In this document: positions 44,784 to 54,176 of the stretch, piece after piece | How the letters are laid out: every line of letters begins with the position of its first letter | How positions within the stretch are numbered: the stretch's first letter is position 1 | Assembly (NCBI GenBank): GCA_002719695.1 | Contig: PBEQ01000016.1 | Location: forward strand, 1-57,467 | Source of the DNA: a bacterium | Lineage (GTDB): Bacteria > Margulisbacteria > Marinamargulisbacteria > GCA-2716485 > GCA-002719695 | Length of the DNA: 57,467 bases | Direction of reading: 5' to 3' | Position numbers and translations under genes: made by a program | The notes under the pieces: generated by a model | The model's input: the letters and a program-made list of their open reading frames with translations, nothing else | What the model was told of the DNA's origin: nothing | Database searches by the model: none

Positions 44784-47015
44784 TTATTTCGTTTCTTTTG
44801 GTTTAACTATAATATCTAAGATTTTGTTTTTGATTCCAATTTTAGCACTTCCTCCTTTATTCAGGGAACCAAATAGTAGTTCATTTGATAAAGGTTGTTT
44901 GATTTCTTGTTCTACAAGACGTTTGATAGGGCGAGCCCCAAATTTTTTATCATAGCCCTTATTAGCTAAATAATTAGCAACATCTTTTGAATAGGTTAGC
45001 GTTATATTTTTTTCGCTTAATAATGTTTTACATTCTTCTAAACATTTAGTTGCAATATTGCAAATTATGTCTGTTTGTAAGGGGTTAAATTGAATAATTT
45101 TAGTTAATCGATTTCTAAATTCTGGTGTAAATTCTTTTTCAATTGATTTGATACTTTTATCTAAATAATCGGTTTGTTTAAAGCCTATAGGTGTTTGACT
45201 GCTTTCTCTTGCACCTGTATTGGTCGTCATGATTAACATAATGTGACTGAAATTAACATCTCTTCCTGATGAATCTGTTAGTGTTGCATGATCCATTACT
45301 TGTAATAATATTGTAATGAGATCGGGATGGGCTTTTTCAATTTCATCAAGTAATACAATCGCATGTGGATGTTTATTTACGGCTTCTGTAAGTTGGCCAC
45401 CTTGATCAAAACCAATATAGCCAGGGGGTGATCCAATTAAACGAGATATACTATGTTTTTCCATATATTCACTCATATCAAAACGAAGAAATTCTACGCT
45501 TAACTCTTGTGCAAGTTGCTTTGCTAGTTCTGTTTTTCCTACGCCTGTTGGTCCAGCAAATAAAAAGGAACCAATTGTTTTATCTTTTTCATTTAAGCCA
45601 GATCGTTGAAGGTGGATTGCTTTTGTAATAGCTTCAATAGCATGATCTTGACCAAATATTTTTTCTTTTAAATGGTTTTCTAAGTTTTGAAGTAAGTCTG
45701 ATTCTCCTTTATGAATATTAATAGCTGGAATACGTGCAATTTTTGAAATTATAGTTTCAATATGAGATGGCAAAATCGTTGTTTCTTTATTTTCTAGCTT
45801 AAGTAATGCACCTGCTTCATCTAGAATATCAATCGCTTTATCTGGTAAAAACCGATCTTTTATATAATGATAACTTAATGTAACACAGGTTGTTATCGCT
45901 TCATCACTATACGTAATTTTATGATAGTCTTCATAATGTTGTTTTAAACCATGTAGGATAGCAATACTTTCATCTATTGATGGTTCTGAGATTGTAATGC
46001 TTTCAAATTGTCTAGCAACAGCGGTTTCTTTTTGAATTTTTGAACGATATTCTTTATTTGTTGATGCTCCAATACAACGACATTTCTCCGATGAAAATAA
46101 TGGTTTTAAAATACCAGCTGCATCTGTAGAGTTGCCGGATTGTGATCCAGAAGTAAGCATCATATGAATATCATCAATAAATAAAATAATATTACTGTGA
46201 TTTGATAGTGCTTCGATAATAGCTTCTAAACGATCTTCAAATTCTCCTCGAAATTTGGTGCCAGCTATCAGTTTATTAAGTTGTAAAGAAAAAATATTTG
46301 TATCTTTAAGATGTTCAGGGCATTTCTCTGAAACAATGAGTTGAGCTAATCCTTCAATAACACAGGTTTTTCCAACGCCTGTTTCTCCAATCAAAAGGGG
46401 ATTGTTTTTTCGTCGTCTAGCTAAAATATGATTAAGTCTTTCGAGTTCATCATGTCTTCCAATTAATGGGTCGAGCTCATTTTTTTCAGCTTTTTCAGTT
46501 AAATTAATACAGAATTTTTTTAATAATGAATTTGATTTTTTAGGGTTCTTTTCTTTAGAGTCTTCTTTTGATTTTAAGGGGGCCTGTTTTTGGTCTGTTA
46601 TGTAACGAACAAGTTTAAAGCGGTCGATACCTTGTTTTTGTAAAAAATATACGGCGTGTGACTCTTCAATATCAAATAGTGCAATTAAGACATGGGATGT
46701 TTCCATTTCTTGTTGCGCAGACGATTGGGTATGATCGTATGCAATTTGTAAGGCAAGTTTGGTTCCTTCTGTTAATTGGGGATCTGTATTTTCAGGTAAG
46801 GTTTCTACATTTGGAAGTTCATTTAGAAAGTTCGTGACATCTGCTTTAATAGGACTAATATTTGAGCCACAGGCAACTAACATGTTGGTTATAGAATCAT
46901 CATTTAAAAATGAAAATAGTAAGTGCTCAGGTGTAAGGTATTCATGTTTTTTAACCTTAGCTAATTGATACGCTTTGTTTATGGCTGTTTGTAGTGTTTG
47001 GCTGATGTTATACAT
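44784..47015 (-). CDS. clpA: ATP-dependent Clp protease ATP-binding subunit ClpA
   Basis: 743 aa. Clp N-domain and two AAA+ modules (GETGVGKT, GPTGVGKTE), with no long ClpB middle domain. Directly follows clpS. Confidence 0.95.
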   Translation of the reverse strand: MYNISQTLQTAINKAYQLAKVKKHEYLTPEHLLFSFLNDDSITNMLVACGSNISPIKADVTNFLNELPNVETLPENTDPQLTEGTKLALQIAYDHTQSSAQQEMETSHVLIALFDIEESHAVYFLQKQGIDRFKLVRYITDQKQAPLKSKEDSKEKNPKKSNSLLKKFCINLTEKAEKNELDPLIGRHDELERLNHILARRRKNNPLLIGETGVGKTCVIEGLAQLIVSEKCPEHLKDTNIFSLQLNKLIAGTKFRGEFEDRLEAIIEALSNHSNIILFIDDIHMMLTSGSQSGNSTDAAGILKPLFSSEKCRCIGASTNKEYRSKIQKETAVARQFESITISEPSIDESIAILHGLKQHYEDYHKITYSDEAITTCVTLSYHYIKDRFLPDKAIDILDEAGALLKLENKETTILPSHIETIISKIARIPAINIHKGESDLLQNLENHLKEKIFGQDHAIEAITKAIHLQRSGLNEKDKTIGSFLFAGPTGVGKTELAKQLAQELSVEFLRFDMSEYMEKHSISRLIGSPPGYIGFDQGGQLTEAVNKHPHAIVLLDEIEKAHPDLITILLQVMDHATLTDSSGRDVNFSHIMLIMTTNTGARESSQTPIGFKQTDYLDKSIKSIEKEFTPEFRNRLTKIIQFNPLQTDIICNIATKCLEECKTLLSEKNITLTYSKDVANYLANKGYDKKFGARPIKRLVEQEIKQPLSNELLFGSLNKGGSAKIGIKNKILDIIVKPKETK

Positions 47016-47362
47016 TATTCGTCATCGCTTTCTGCTGGATTAAGTTTGCATTGCAACGGGTGACCTTCTTTTTGTGCTGCTTCCTTAACTTCCAAGATTT
47101 TTGTATTAGCTACATCAAATGAGTATGTTCCACAATGTCCTTGACCTTCAGTATGAATTGTCATCATGAGTTGCTGGCTATCAAATTCGCTTAAATGAAA
47201 AATAGTTTGTAAAATTTTTGTAACAAAATCCATGGGTGTATAATCATCATTTAACATAATAACATCATACAACGATGGCTTTTTACTCACACTTTCAGGT
47301 GATTCATCTAAGGTTGTATTTGGTGTAAAATGCGGTGAACGATCAAGATCAGTTGATGACAT
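47015..47362 (-). CDS. clpS: ATP-dependent Clp protease adaptor ClpS
   Basis: 115 aa. Core YDVIMLNDDYTPMDFV. 1-nt TAATG overlap with clpA. Confidence 0.9.
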   Translation of the reverse strand: MSSTDLDRSPHFTPNTTLDESPESVSKKPSLYDVIMLNDDYTPMDFVTKILQTIFHLSEFDSQQLMMTIHTEGQGHCGTYSFDVANTKILEVKEAAQKEGHPLQCKLNPAESDDE

Positions 47363-47434
47363 ACTATTATTTTAAGTGATAAATGACGTAGATAAAAGAT
47401 AAATTTTATAGCTAAGAATTCTAGCTGGTATATC

Positions 47435-48697
47435 ATGTATACTATTATTATGATTAAATTGGTTTTGTATTACTTGGTTTGTATTGGTTTAGTAAGTGTT
47501 GCTGCCACTTGTTTTGCTGAAAAACCACCCTTATTAGCACTTTCTATTGATTCAGATATGATTATTCAGCCTTATACTAATCGTAGTATAGGGGCGTTTT
47601 CTTTACAGGGGTATGATGTTTTTTCTTATTTATATTGGGTTACAGATCAGAAGCTCTCATTATTTTATAGACCGGCAGGAATTACTTTTCGAGCGTTTCT
47701 AACAGGATTATTACAATATAACTATCATTTGGGACTACTTCTCGGTCTTGGTTATCATGAATTAGGCCATGGAACGCGTGCTAGTGCGTTTGGTTATGAT
47801 GTTAGCTATTCAACAGAAGTATCAGAGCGACATTATTTTTCGGAATCCTATTACGAGTTACTAAAAGATTTATTTAATTATTCATCTACTGTAACGGGGG
47901 CATATACGCATTATGGTAAAGGTCCAGCTGTGCACCCGTCTATTTCTTTGGCTGATTCTAATCTCATTATTTCTGCAGGGGGTGTTAATAATGAAATGTA
48001 TTTAGCAACATTAATAGAAGATCGTTTTTATTCTCGAGGTATTACATCGGTATATGATTTTTTTCATTATTTATATCCAAAGTTAGGTGTTTATCATTAT
48101 GCATCCTATGAAAAGAAAGACCCTCAGTTTCAAGGAGATTTATTTAACGTACAGTCATTTTATAAGAGTAAGTATAATTTTATACTTTCTTATGATGATT
48201 TTAAACGATTTAATGGGTATGCAATTTTATTATCGTCATCATTTTGGGCCTTTATAGATGGTTGGTCTCGATATGTTGTTAAGGGGTTTGATTATATTCA
48301 TAGTTATGAAGCATTTAATTTTAGGTTACCTGATGTTAATTTATTTTTAACCTCTCATGGCCCTTCTTATCATGTTCAATCTGGCTATCGCTTTTCTAAT
48401 AGGCTATTACTGCCATTTGCAATTGAATATGTATTTTTGGGGGATAAGCAATTGGAATATACGTTTGGATTAGAACGATCATGGATGAATCGGTTTAAAA
48501 CTTATTCGGAACTTCGTTTAGGCTATGCTGTTGGATTATCTCAGTCTTTGGAGTACGCTATTTCATCTCGTTGTCGTATTGCTTTAGGCGTTGCTTTCCA
48601 TCACTTTAATAATTTATATGGTGAACGTCATATTAAAACATTAGCTAACGGACCCTATGATAGTGATAGCTGGTTTAATCTTCAGTATCGATTATAA
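47435..48697 (+). CDS. Secreted HExxH-motif protein with beta-rich C-terminal half
   Basis: 420 aa with a signal peptide. Single HELGH motif (GLGYHELGHGTRA). The C-terminal half has beta-barrel-like alternation and ends WFNLQYRL. Confidence 0.5.
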   Translation: MYTIIMIKLVLYYLVCIGLVSVAATCFAEKPPLLALSIDSDMIIQPYTNRSIGAFSLQGYDVFSYLYWVTDQKLSLFYRPAGITFRAFLTGLLQYNYHLGLLLGLGYHELGHGTRASAFGYDVSYSTEVSERHYFSESYYELLKDLFNYSSTVTGAYTHYGKGPAVHPSISLADSNLIISAGGVNNEMYLATLIEDRFYSRGITSVYDFFHYLYPKLGVYHYASYEKKDPQFQGDLFNVQSFYKSKYNFILSYDDFKRFNGYAILLSSSFWAFIDGWSRYVVKGFDYIHSYEAFNFRLPDVNLFLTSHGPSYHVQSGYRFSNRLLLPFAIEYVFLGDKQLEYTFGLERSWMNRFKTYSELRLGYAVGLSQSLEYAISSRCRIALGVAFHHFNNLYGERHIKTLANGPYDSDSWFNLQYRL

Positions 48698-48724
48698 GGG
48701 TTTTAATTCTAAGTTTTTACTCTG

Positions 48725-49636
48725 TTAGTTTGTTGTTGTCCAGATAATGGCTTTTAAAACAGCTTCATGAAATAACAAGTCATCATGTTTGGCATTTGTA
48801 AAAAGTCTATAGCCAAAATGGGGGGTATTTAGAGATGGTATATTAGGTTGTTTAATAGCAGCTTGCCATTCTCCGAAAGGTATAGATGATGAAATAGGAA
48901 TATAGCCTGGTCCACCAGAATCTGTTGAAGATGCTTTGATAGATGCGGTTGATGATGTTTTTTTTATGTTAACGGCACCAATAACCCCCCATTGTTTATA
49001 ACCTTTATTTAAGGGGGCTTGCCAGTGATTGTTAAGGTTTTTTATAAAGATGCTTTTTGGATGTAAATCTCGCAAATGATTGATGATTGGTGGTGCAATA
49101 GGGACGCCTTCATGGGGCGTACCAACGGTTAAAATTTTATAAACAGAGTTCCATGATGCTTTAGTATGGCTCATATAGGATCTCGCAACTAGGCCACCCA
49201 TGCTGTGGGCGATGATAATGACTTTATTTTGTTGAGATTCTTGTTTAATTAATGCAATTATAGCATCTAAGCGTAGTGAGTAGCGTTTGAGATCTCCAAT
49301 AAGCATTTCTTTTACTAAATTTGGTTCATAGTAACAAATATTCCATATCGTGCAGTGAGTATTTCCTCGTTTATTAATTTTAATAGTATCCTTTTTATGA
49401 TAGGTTACGGTGCAGTAAGTGTCATTGGATAGTAATGACGCGGTTTTTTCCCAATCAGATAATCTAGCATTGATTCCATGAACAAAAACAACGGGATAGT
49501 TAAGGGTGTCTTTGTTTTGAAAATGCTTTTGCCAAAACTGTGTTGTAGTAACATCATGAGGTGTTGAGTTTGCTATTAGTAATGGCGTTAGACAATGAAC
49601 TAACACGACTACAAGCCATAATTGATGGACTTTCAT
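48725..49636 (-). CDS. Secreted alpha/beta hydrolase (lipase/esterase-like)
   Basis: 303 aa with a signal peptide. Motifs VVFVHG, nucleophile elbow AHSMGG, GTPHEG. Confidence 0.75.
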   Translation of the reverse strand: MKVHQLWLVVVLVHCLTPLLIANSTPHDVTTTQFWQKHFQNKDTLNYPVVFVHGINARLSDWEKTASLLSNDTYCTVTYHKKDTIKINKRGNTHCTIWNICYYEPNLVKEMLIGDLKRYSLRLDAIIALIKQESQQNKVIIIAHSMGGLVARSYMSHTKASWNSVYKILTVGTPHEGVPIAPPIINHLRDLHPKSIFIKNLNNHWQAPLNKGYKQWGVIGAVNIKKTSSTASIKASSTDSGGPGYIPISSSIPFGEWQAAIKQPNIPSLNTPHFGYRLFTNAKHDDLLFHEAVLKAIIWTTTN

Positions 49637-49666
49637 AAGATATCTATGAACTATTATGTTTTATTT

Positions 49667-50527
49667 TTAGGGGTTTGTAATTAATTCTTTTTTTATTTTA
49701 TTAATTAAACCAGTTAATACTTTTCCTTGTCCAATTTCAATAAACTCAGATTCGTTTTGATTAAGAATATAATGAATACTGTCTACCCATTTAACAGAAC
49801 TGGTAATTTGCTCTGCTAGGAGTGTTTTTACATCATGATCTGTATAAGGGGTTGCTGTGACATTAGCAATCACAGAAATAGTAGCTGGTTTAAACTCAAA
49901 TGACTCTAAATATAATGTAAATTCTTTTTTTGCTGCTTCCATATAACGAGAATGAAAAGCACCACTAACAGCTAGTGGAATATAGCGTCTGACACCAGCT
50001 TCCTCAAATATTGCTTGAGCATTTGTGATACTAGCTGATTTTCCAGAAATAACGGTTTGATTGGGTTCATTAAAGTTAGCAATATCAATATCGGTTAGGT
50101 TTTTTTCAGTTAGTATTTCTTTGATGGTTGTAGCCGGCATTCCAACAATAGCAGCCATGGCACCACCTGTGGCTTTTGACATTAATTGGCCACGTTTTTG
50201 AACTAATTTAATTCCTGATTCAAAGTCTATGACATTGGCTGCAAATAAGGCATTATACTCGCCTAAACTATGACCTGCTAGAAAGGATGGTGCTTGGTTA
50301 TTTTCTTTTTGATAGGCTAAATAACTTAGTGCAGAGATAATGAATAAAGCCGGTTGCGTAAATTGTGTTTGATTAAGTTTGTTATCAGAATCTTCTAAAC
50401 ATAGGTCTTTAATATTATACCCTAAAATTGAATTTGCAGTTTTAATTTCATTTGGAAATTGATCAAATAAGTCTTGTCCCATTCCAACTTTTTGGGATCC
50501 TTGTCCTGGAAATACGTAACATGTCAT
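49667..50527 (-). CDS. fabD: Malonyl-CoA-ACP transacylase
   Basis: 286 aa. Motifs GQGSQ, GHSLGEY, SGAFHS. Confidence 0.93.
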   Translation of the reverse strand: MTCYVFPGQGSQKVGMGQDLFDQFPNEIKTANSILGYNIKDLCLEDSDNKLNQTQFTQPALFIISALSYLAYQKENNQAPSFLAGHSLGEYNALFAANVIDFESGIKLVQKRGQLMSKATGGAMAAIVGMPATTIKEILTEKNLTDIDIANFNEPNQTVISGKSASITNAQAIFEEAGVRRYIPLAVSGAFHSRYMEAAKKEFTLYLESFEFKPATISVIANVTATPYTDHDVKTLLAEQITSSVKWVDSIHYILNQNESEFIEIGQGKVLTGLINKIKKELITNP

Positions 50528-50610
50528 GTCATAACCTCGTTTTATATGATAGTGTTACAAGTTTACAAAATATTTATTTTTTTAGCTATCAAAAATCAGT
50601 CTTGTTAATT

Positions 50611-50964
50611 CTAAAGTGTGATATGGGTTACAATGAGTTCATATTTTTTTATACTATATTTTAAATCAGCTGATTTTATGTCCTTTATGATTATTTTTCC
50701 TGTAATATGCAGGGTTTTTCCTAAATTATTTTTTATTATGGTTTTTAGGCTATCATGTTCTGTTTTTAGGATTATACTATAATGATGCTTTGTAACGGTT
50801 AGTGCATATTTTGTAAATGGAATATTGCCGATTAAGTTAATTTTTCCTGAAAGAGTTACGATATCATTATGCTTTAAATCACTTAATTTGCTAGACTTAC
50901 AACTTAGTAAGAGTGTTGTTATTATTATGATGTATACTAGGATAACATGTTTTTTTTTAAGCAT
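50611..50964 (-). CDS. Small lipoprotein, unknown function
   Basis: 117 aa with lipobox LLLSC. Starts immediately after the stop of the upstream peptidase-like gene. Confidence 0.5.
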   Translation of the reverse strand: MLKKKHVILVYIIIITTLLLSCKSSKLSDLKHNDIVTLSGKINLIGNIPFTKYALTVTKHHYSIILKTEHDSLKTIIKNNLGKTLHITGKIIIKDIKSADLKYSIKKYELIVTHITL

Positions 50965-52512
50965 TTATTCTAAGGGTGTTATTCTAAAGAATTTTATATT
51001 TTCATCGGTGTTACTAGGAATAAAGGTGTCGATTGCTGATTCTGAATACGTATTTCCTGAAATATAATAGATAGATCCACTTGCTTCTAAAGATGGTAAA
51101 AGTGTTGAGGGGGGCTCTAATGTTGGAATAAAGGTGCTATAGATATGATTTTTATAACCATATTTGTTACTTGGGTGTTTTACAAAGTTTGCTATTTTAT
51201 ATGATATGAGGGCATCTTCAAAGTTTAGAATGGCAGATTTGTCCTTTTCTGGGTTATGCTCTAAGATCATATTATCTAAGACAACATAGTCATTTATTCC
51301 TGATAAACCGTAATTTGTTTTTCCTGATTCTCCAGAATGCGTTATTAAATCTTTATAAAAGCTTGCTTGTTGATTCAGTTGTAATCGGCAGTATTCTAAA
51401 AATGTATAGGATAATTGGTAAGTAAAGGCTGGTATGGATTTTCCTGTTTTTAAAAATCCATCTCCATCTTTAGCTTCATTTAGGGATGTAAAGCTTTTTT
51501 TGAGTATGGTTTCCTTAGCTGATAATATAGGTGTTAGACCTTCTGCGATTCCTTCTTCGATCCATGTATGATATGAAAAATTATAATTGTGTTTTTTATA
51601 GCGATAACTTTGACCTAATAGATGGGCATATTCATGGGCAATAACATGTTTATACGACTCTGTATCGATTTTTTCTAAATTGATTATGTTCTTGTTAATA
51701 AATAAGATTTCTTTGTGGTTTGATTTTTCGGCATCTGTTCTTGTGGGAGAAAATAAGTTTATGGACCACACATAACCAGCGAAGTTTTCTGATGGCATTG
51801 ATGTAAAAAAGAGGATAACTTTATTATTATTATCTACGTCTGTTACGCTGCCTATTGTATCTCCTAATGCTGTTTTTGCATTTGGCACAATCTGATCTTG
51901 AAAGTATGCTAGAATACTGTCTCGTGTTGTTGAAAATATAGTATGTGATGCTAATTCTTCTGATTCATACCATGATTTTTCTACATAAATAACGCAAGTA
52001 TCATTGCTTCCAACCTTTACGGCAGTAATATATTCATCTTGACCTGTTGCTTGACTTAATGCTTCGTCATAAAATCTTACTTCGTCGGGATCTACTGTTA
52101 ATTGTGACGGTTGGGATTGGTGCTTTGCAAAGGATTTATTAAAAGGGGGTATGATTGGTTGAGATAAATTTGTTGCACAAAAATGTGTTGCGTTTTCTTT
52201 TTTATGGCTAATATGGGTATGCTGAAACGGTGATCCAGAGGTTTTTAAGGGTGAGTTTCCGGCACTTTCTTGTGATCCATAGTTTGTTGAGGTATTGATT
52301 GCAATGATTGCTTTTGTGCTTCCTTCAATTTTCAGATCGGTTATTTTATCGGGATAATAGTCAATAGAATCGTTTTGTAATGTACTTGTGTTATAGATGC
52401 TACTACAGCCAGCTACCAATATAAAACATAGCAAAAAGAAACTGATTTTTTTAATGGTTGACGTTATCATACTTATATTATTATACAAAAGTAATCTAGA
52501 TTTGATAGTCAT
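50965..52512 (-). CDS. Lipoprotein, putative MA-clan (gluzincin-like) zinc metallopeptidase
   Basis: 515 aa with lipobox LVAGC. HEYAH, with EEGIAE 24 residues downstream of the motif (candidate third ligand). Paralog of the 52512-53933 product. Confidence 0.65.
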   Translation of the reverse strand: MTIKSRLLLYNNISMITSTIKKISFFLLCFILVAGCSSIYNTSTLQNDSIDYYPDKITDLKIEGSTKAIIAINTSTNYGSQESAGNSPLKTSGSPFQHTHISHKKENATHFCATNLSQPIIPPFNKSFAKHQSQPSQLTVDPDEVRFYDEALSQATGQDEYITAVKVGSNDTCVIYVEKSWYESEELASHTIFSTTRDSILAYFQDQIVPNAKTALGDTIGSVTDVDNNNKVILFFTSMPSENFAGYVWSINLFSPTRTDAEKSNHKEILFINKNIINLEKIDTESYKHVIAHEYAHLLGQSYRYKKHNYNFSYHTWIEEGIAEGLTPILSAKETILKKSFTSLNEAKDGDGFLKTGKSIPAFTYQLSYTFLEYCRLQLNQQASFYKDLITHSGESGKTNYGLSGINDYVVLDNMILEHNPEKDKSAILNFEDALISYKIANFVKHPSNKYGYKNHIYSTFIPTLEPPSTLLPSLEASGSIYYISGNTYSESAIDTFIPSNTDENIKFFRITPLE

Positions 52513-53933
52513 TATTGTTCCTCTGGAGATATTCTATAAAATTTTATGTTTGGTCCATGTTCTTCAGGTGAAAATTCTTCAATATCTGTGGTTGAAAAAT
52601 TACCCTGAATTAAATAGATAGCGCCTCCTGGTTCGATACTTAAATTATTCTCAGTTGGTGTTTTCATAAACGGAATCAAATCAGTAATAGCTTGACCTTT
52701 ATAGCCATATTTATTGCTTGGGTGTTTGACATGATTGGCTATTCTGTATGAAATTAAGGCATCTTGAAATTCTAAAATTTGTTCAGGATCATTTTGCTCA
52801 TTATTCATTTTTATGAGTTCGTTTAATTGATTATGATTGGATGTATTATTTTGAACCATCATTTCAATTAGGTCTTTATAAAAATTACTGCCTAACTCCA
52901 TTTGTATTCGACAATAATCAAGAAATGTATAACCAGTAATATAATGTTCGAATCGTGTTATATCTGGAGCGCTAAAAAAGGGGCCGCTTCCTTTAACCAA
53001 GGTGGAATAATTAAGATAGGTATAACGATCAGATACTAAGTTAGCCCTATTTGCTAAAAAGACGGCTAAGCCATCGGCTATACCTTCTGATAACCATGTT
53101 TCAAAAATTATATTTTTACCATGCTTAAGTGCATAGCTGGTTACTAATAAATGAACATATTCACGTGCAATTACAGCCTGATAACTTCCATTAATAATAA
53201 ATGGTTTATTAATATAGATTAGTTTGCGTTGATTTGAGAGTTCGTTACTTACTGATAAGTTTCCAGCCCAATGAAATCCTGCCATATTAGGTTGTTCTTC
53301 ACCGTCTTTATTTTTTATGGTTGTTATAAATAAAATTGTTTTATTATTTTTTTCAAAATCTATTGGGATTCCTAGCTCAGGGCCTAAAAGTTCAATAGCA
53401 TTTTTTGAAACAGACGATTCAAAATATGCCATGGCACTATTTAGATTGTAATTAAAATTATTTAATGCTTCCAAATCATCTTTTGAGTCTGTTTCAACAT
53501 AAACTATACAGCTAGGATTTTCTTGTAATTTAGTTGCATGAATATTTTTTTCTTGATACGGGTCATAAAATTCAATCACATCAGGATTTTCTTCTAGTTT
53601 ATTAAGTTGTAATAGGGGTGTTTTTGGATTTAAAGATGATTTTGATGGCGTTAATAGTGGTGTATGAAACATCTGATGATTTAATGGACTAATCGTTAAG
53701 TTTGTTGTTTCAGGTTCTGATGGAAGTAATCCTAAATTTTCTCTATTGGAAGTGTTATCAGTGGCAGTATTTATGGCAATAATTGCTTTTTTAAAATTCC
53801 CTTCAATAGTGAGATCGACTAGTGTCGCTGGGCTGTCTGTTTTGGATGTTAAACCACAGGATACGCATAGATATGAAAGTGTTACACATATTAGAGGTAA
53901 CCCTATTTTTTTTTGTATATATTTTTTTAGCAT
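52512..53933 (-). CDS. Lipoprotein, paralog of the adjacent peptidase-like protein with a degenerate zinc site
   Basis: 473 aa. Colinear with the 515-aa protein (IEG..KAIIAINT, HPSNKYGYK, NIKF.RI.P). The site reads REYVH / SEGIAD instead of HEYAH / EEGIAE. TAATG overlap with the downstream gene. Confidence 0.6.
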   Translation of the reverse strand: MLKKYIQKKIGLPLICVTLSYLCVSCGLTSKTDSPATLVDLTIEGNFKKAIIAINTATDNTSNRENLGLLPSEPETTNLTISPLNHQMFHTPLLTPSKSSLNPKTPLLQLNKLEENPDVIEFYDPYQEKNIHATKLQENPSCIVYVETDSKDDLEALNNFNYNLNSAMAYFESSVSKNAIELLGPELGIPIDFEKNNKTILFITTIKNKDGEEQPNMAGFHWAGNLSVSNELSNQRKLIYINKPFIINGSYQAVIAREYVHLLVTSYALKHGKNIIFETWLSEGIADGLAVFLANRANLVSDRYTYLNYSTLVKGSGPFFSAPDITRFEHYITGYTFLDYCRIQMELGSNFYKDLIEMMVQNNTSNHNQLNELIKMNNEQNDPEQILEFQDALISYRIANHVKHPSNKYGYKGQAITDLIPFMKTPTENNLSIEPGGAIYLIQGNFSTTDIEEFSPEEHGPNIKFYRISPEEQ

Positions 53934-53978
53934 TACTACCTTAATATAGTACCCTTTTATATATGATTTTAATCATAT

Positions 53979-54121
53979 GGCTCTGTCGTGAAATGCCTAA
54001 TCTTCACAATTTTCACCTTTGTTATGTAGCTCCGCTACACCGCCTCAGGCGATAAATTGCAAATCTTAAACCTTTAGCGACATTGTAATCGATCGAATTT
54101 TTCTATTTTGCGACAGTCCCC
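53979..54121. repeat. Copy 2 of the ~140-nt non-coding element
   Basis: Aligns with 34321-34456. Terminal arms CTGTCGTGAAAT / ATTTTGCGACAG. Flanked by ATAT on both sides. Lies between the gcvP stop and the start of the lipoprotein operon. Confidence 0.8.
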
Positions 54122-54176
54122 ATATATCAAGTACTATGATAGGCGAATTAAGATAGCTTGCTAAAATTTAAATTAA

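Noticed and set aside
53979-54121. Repeat copy 2 as a glycine riboswitch, given its position next to gcvP and the GGAG...CACCG...CAGGC strings
   Set aside because: It lies 3' of gcvP, not in its leader. An equally conserved copy sits near aroE, unrelated to glycine metabolism. The sequence does not fit the glycine-aptamer consensus beyond short strings.
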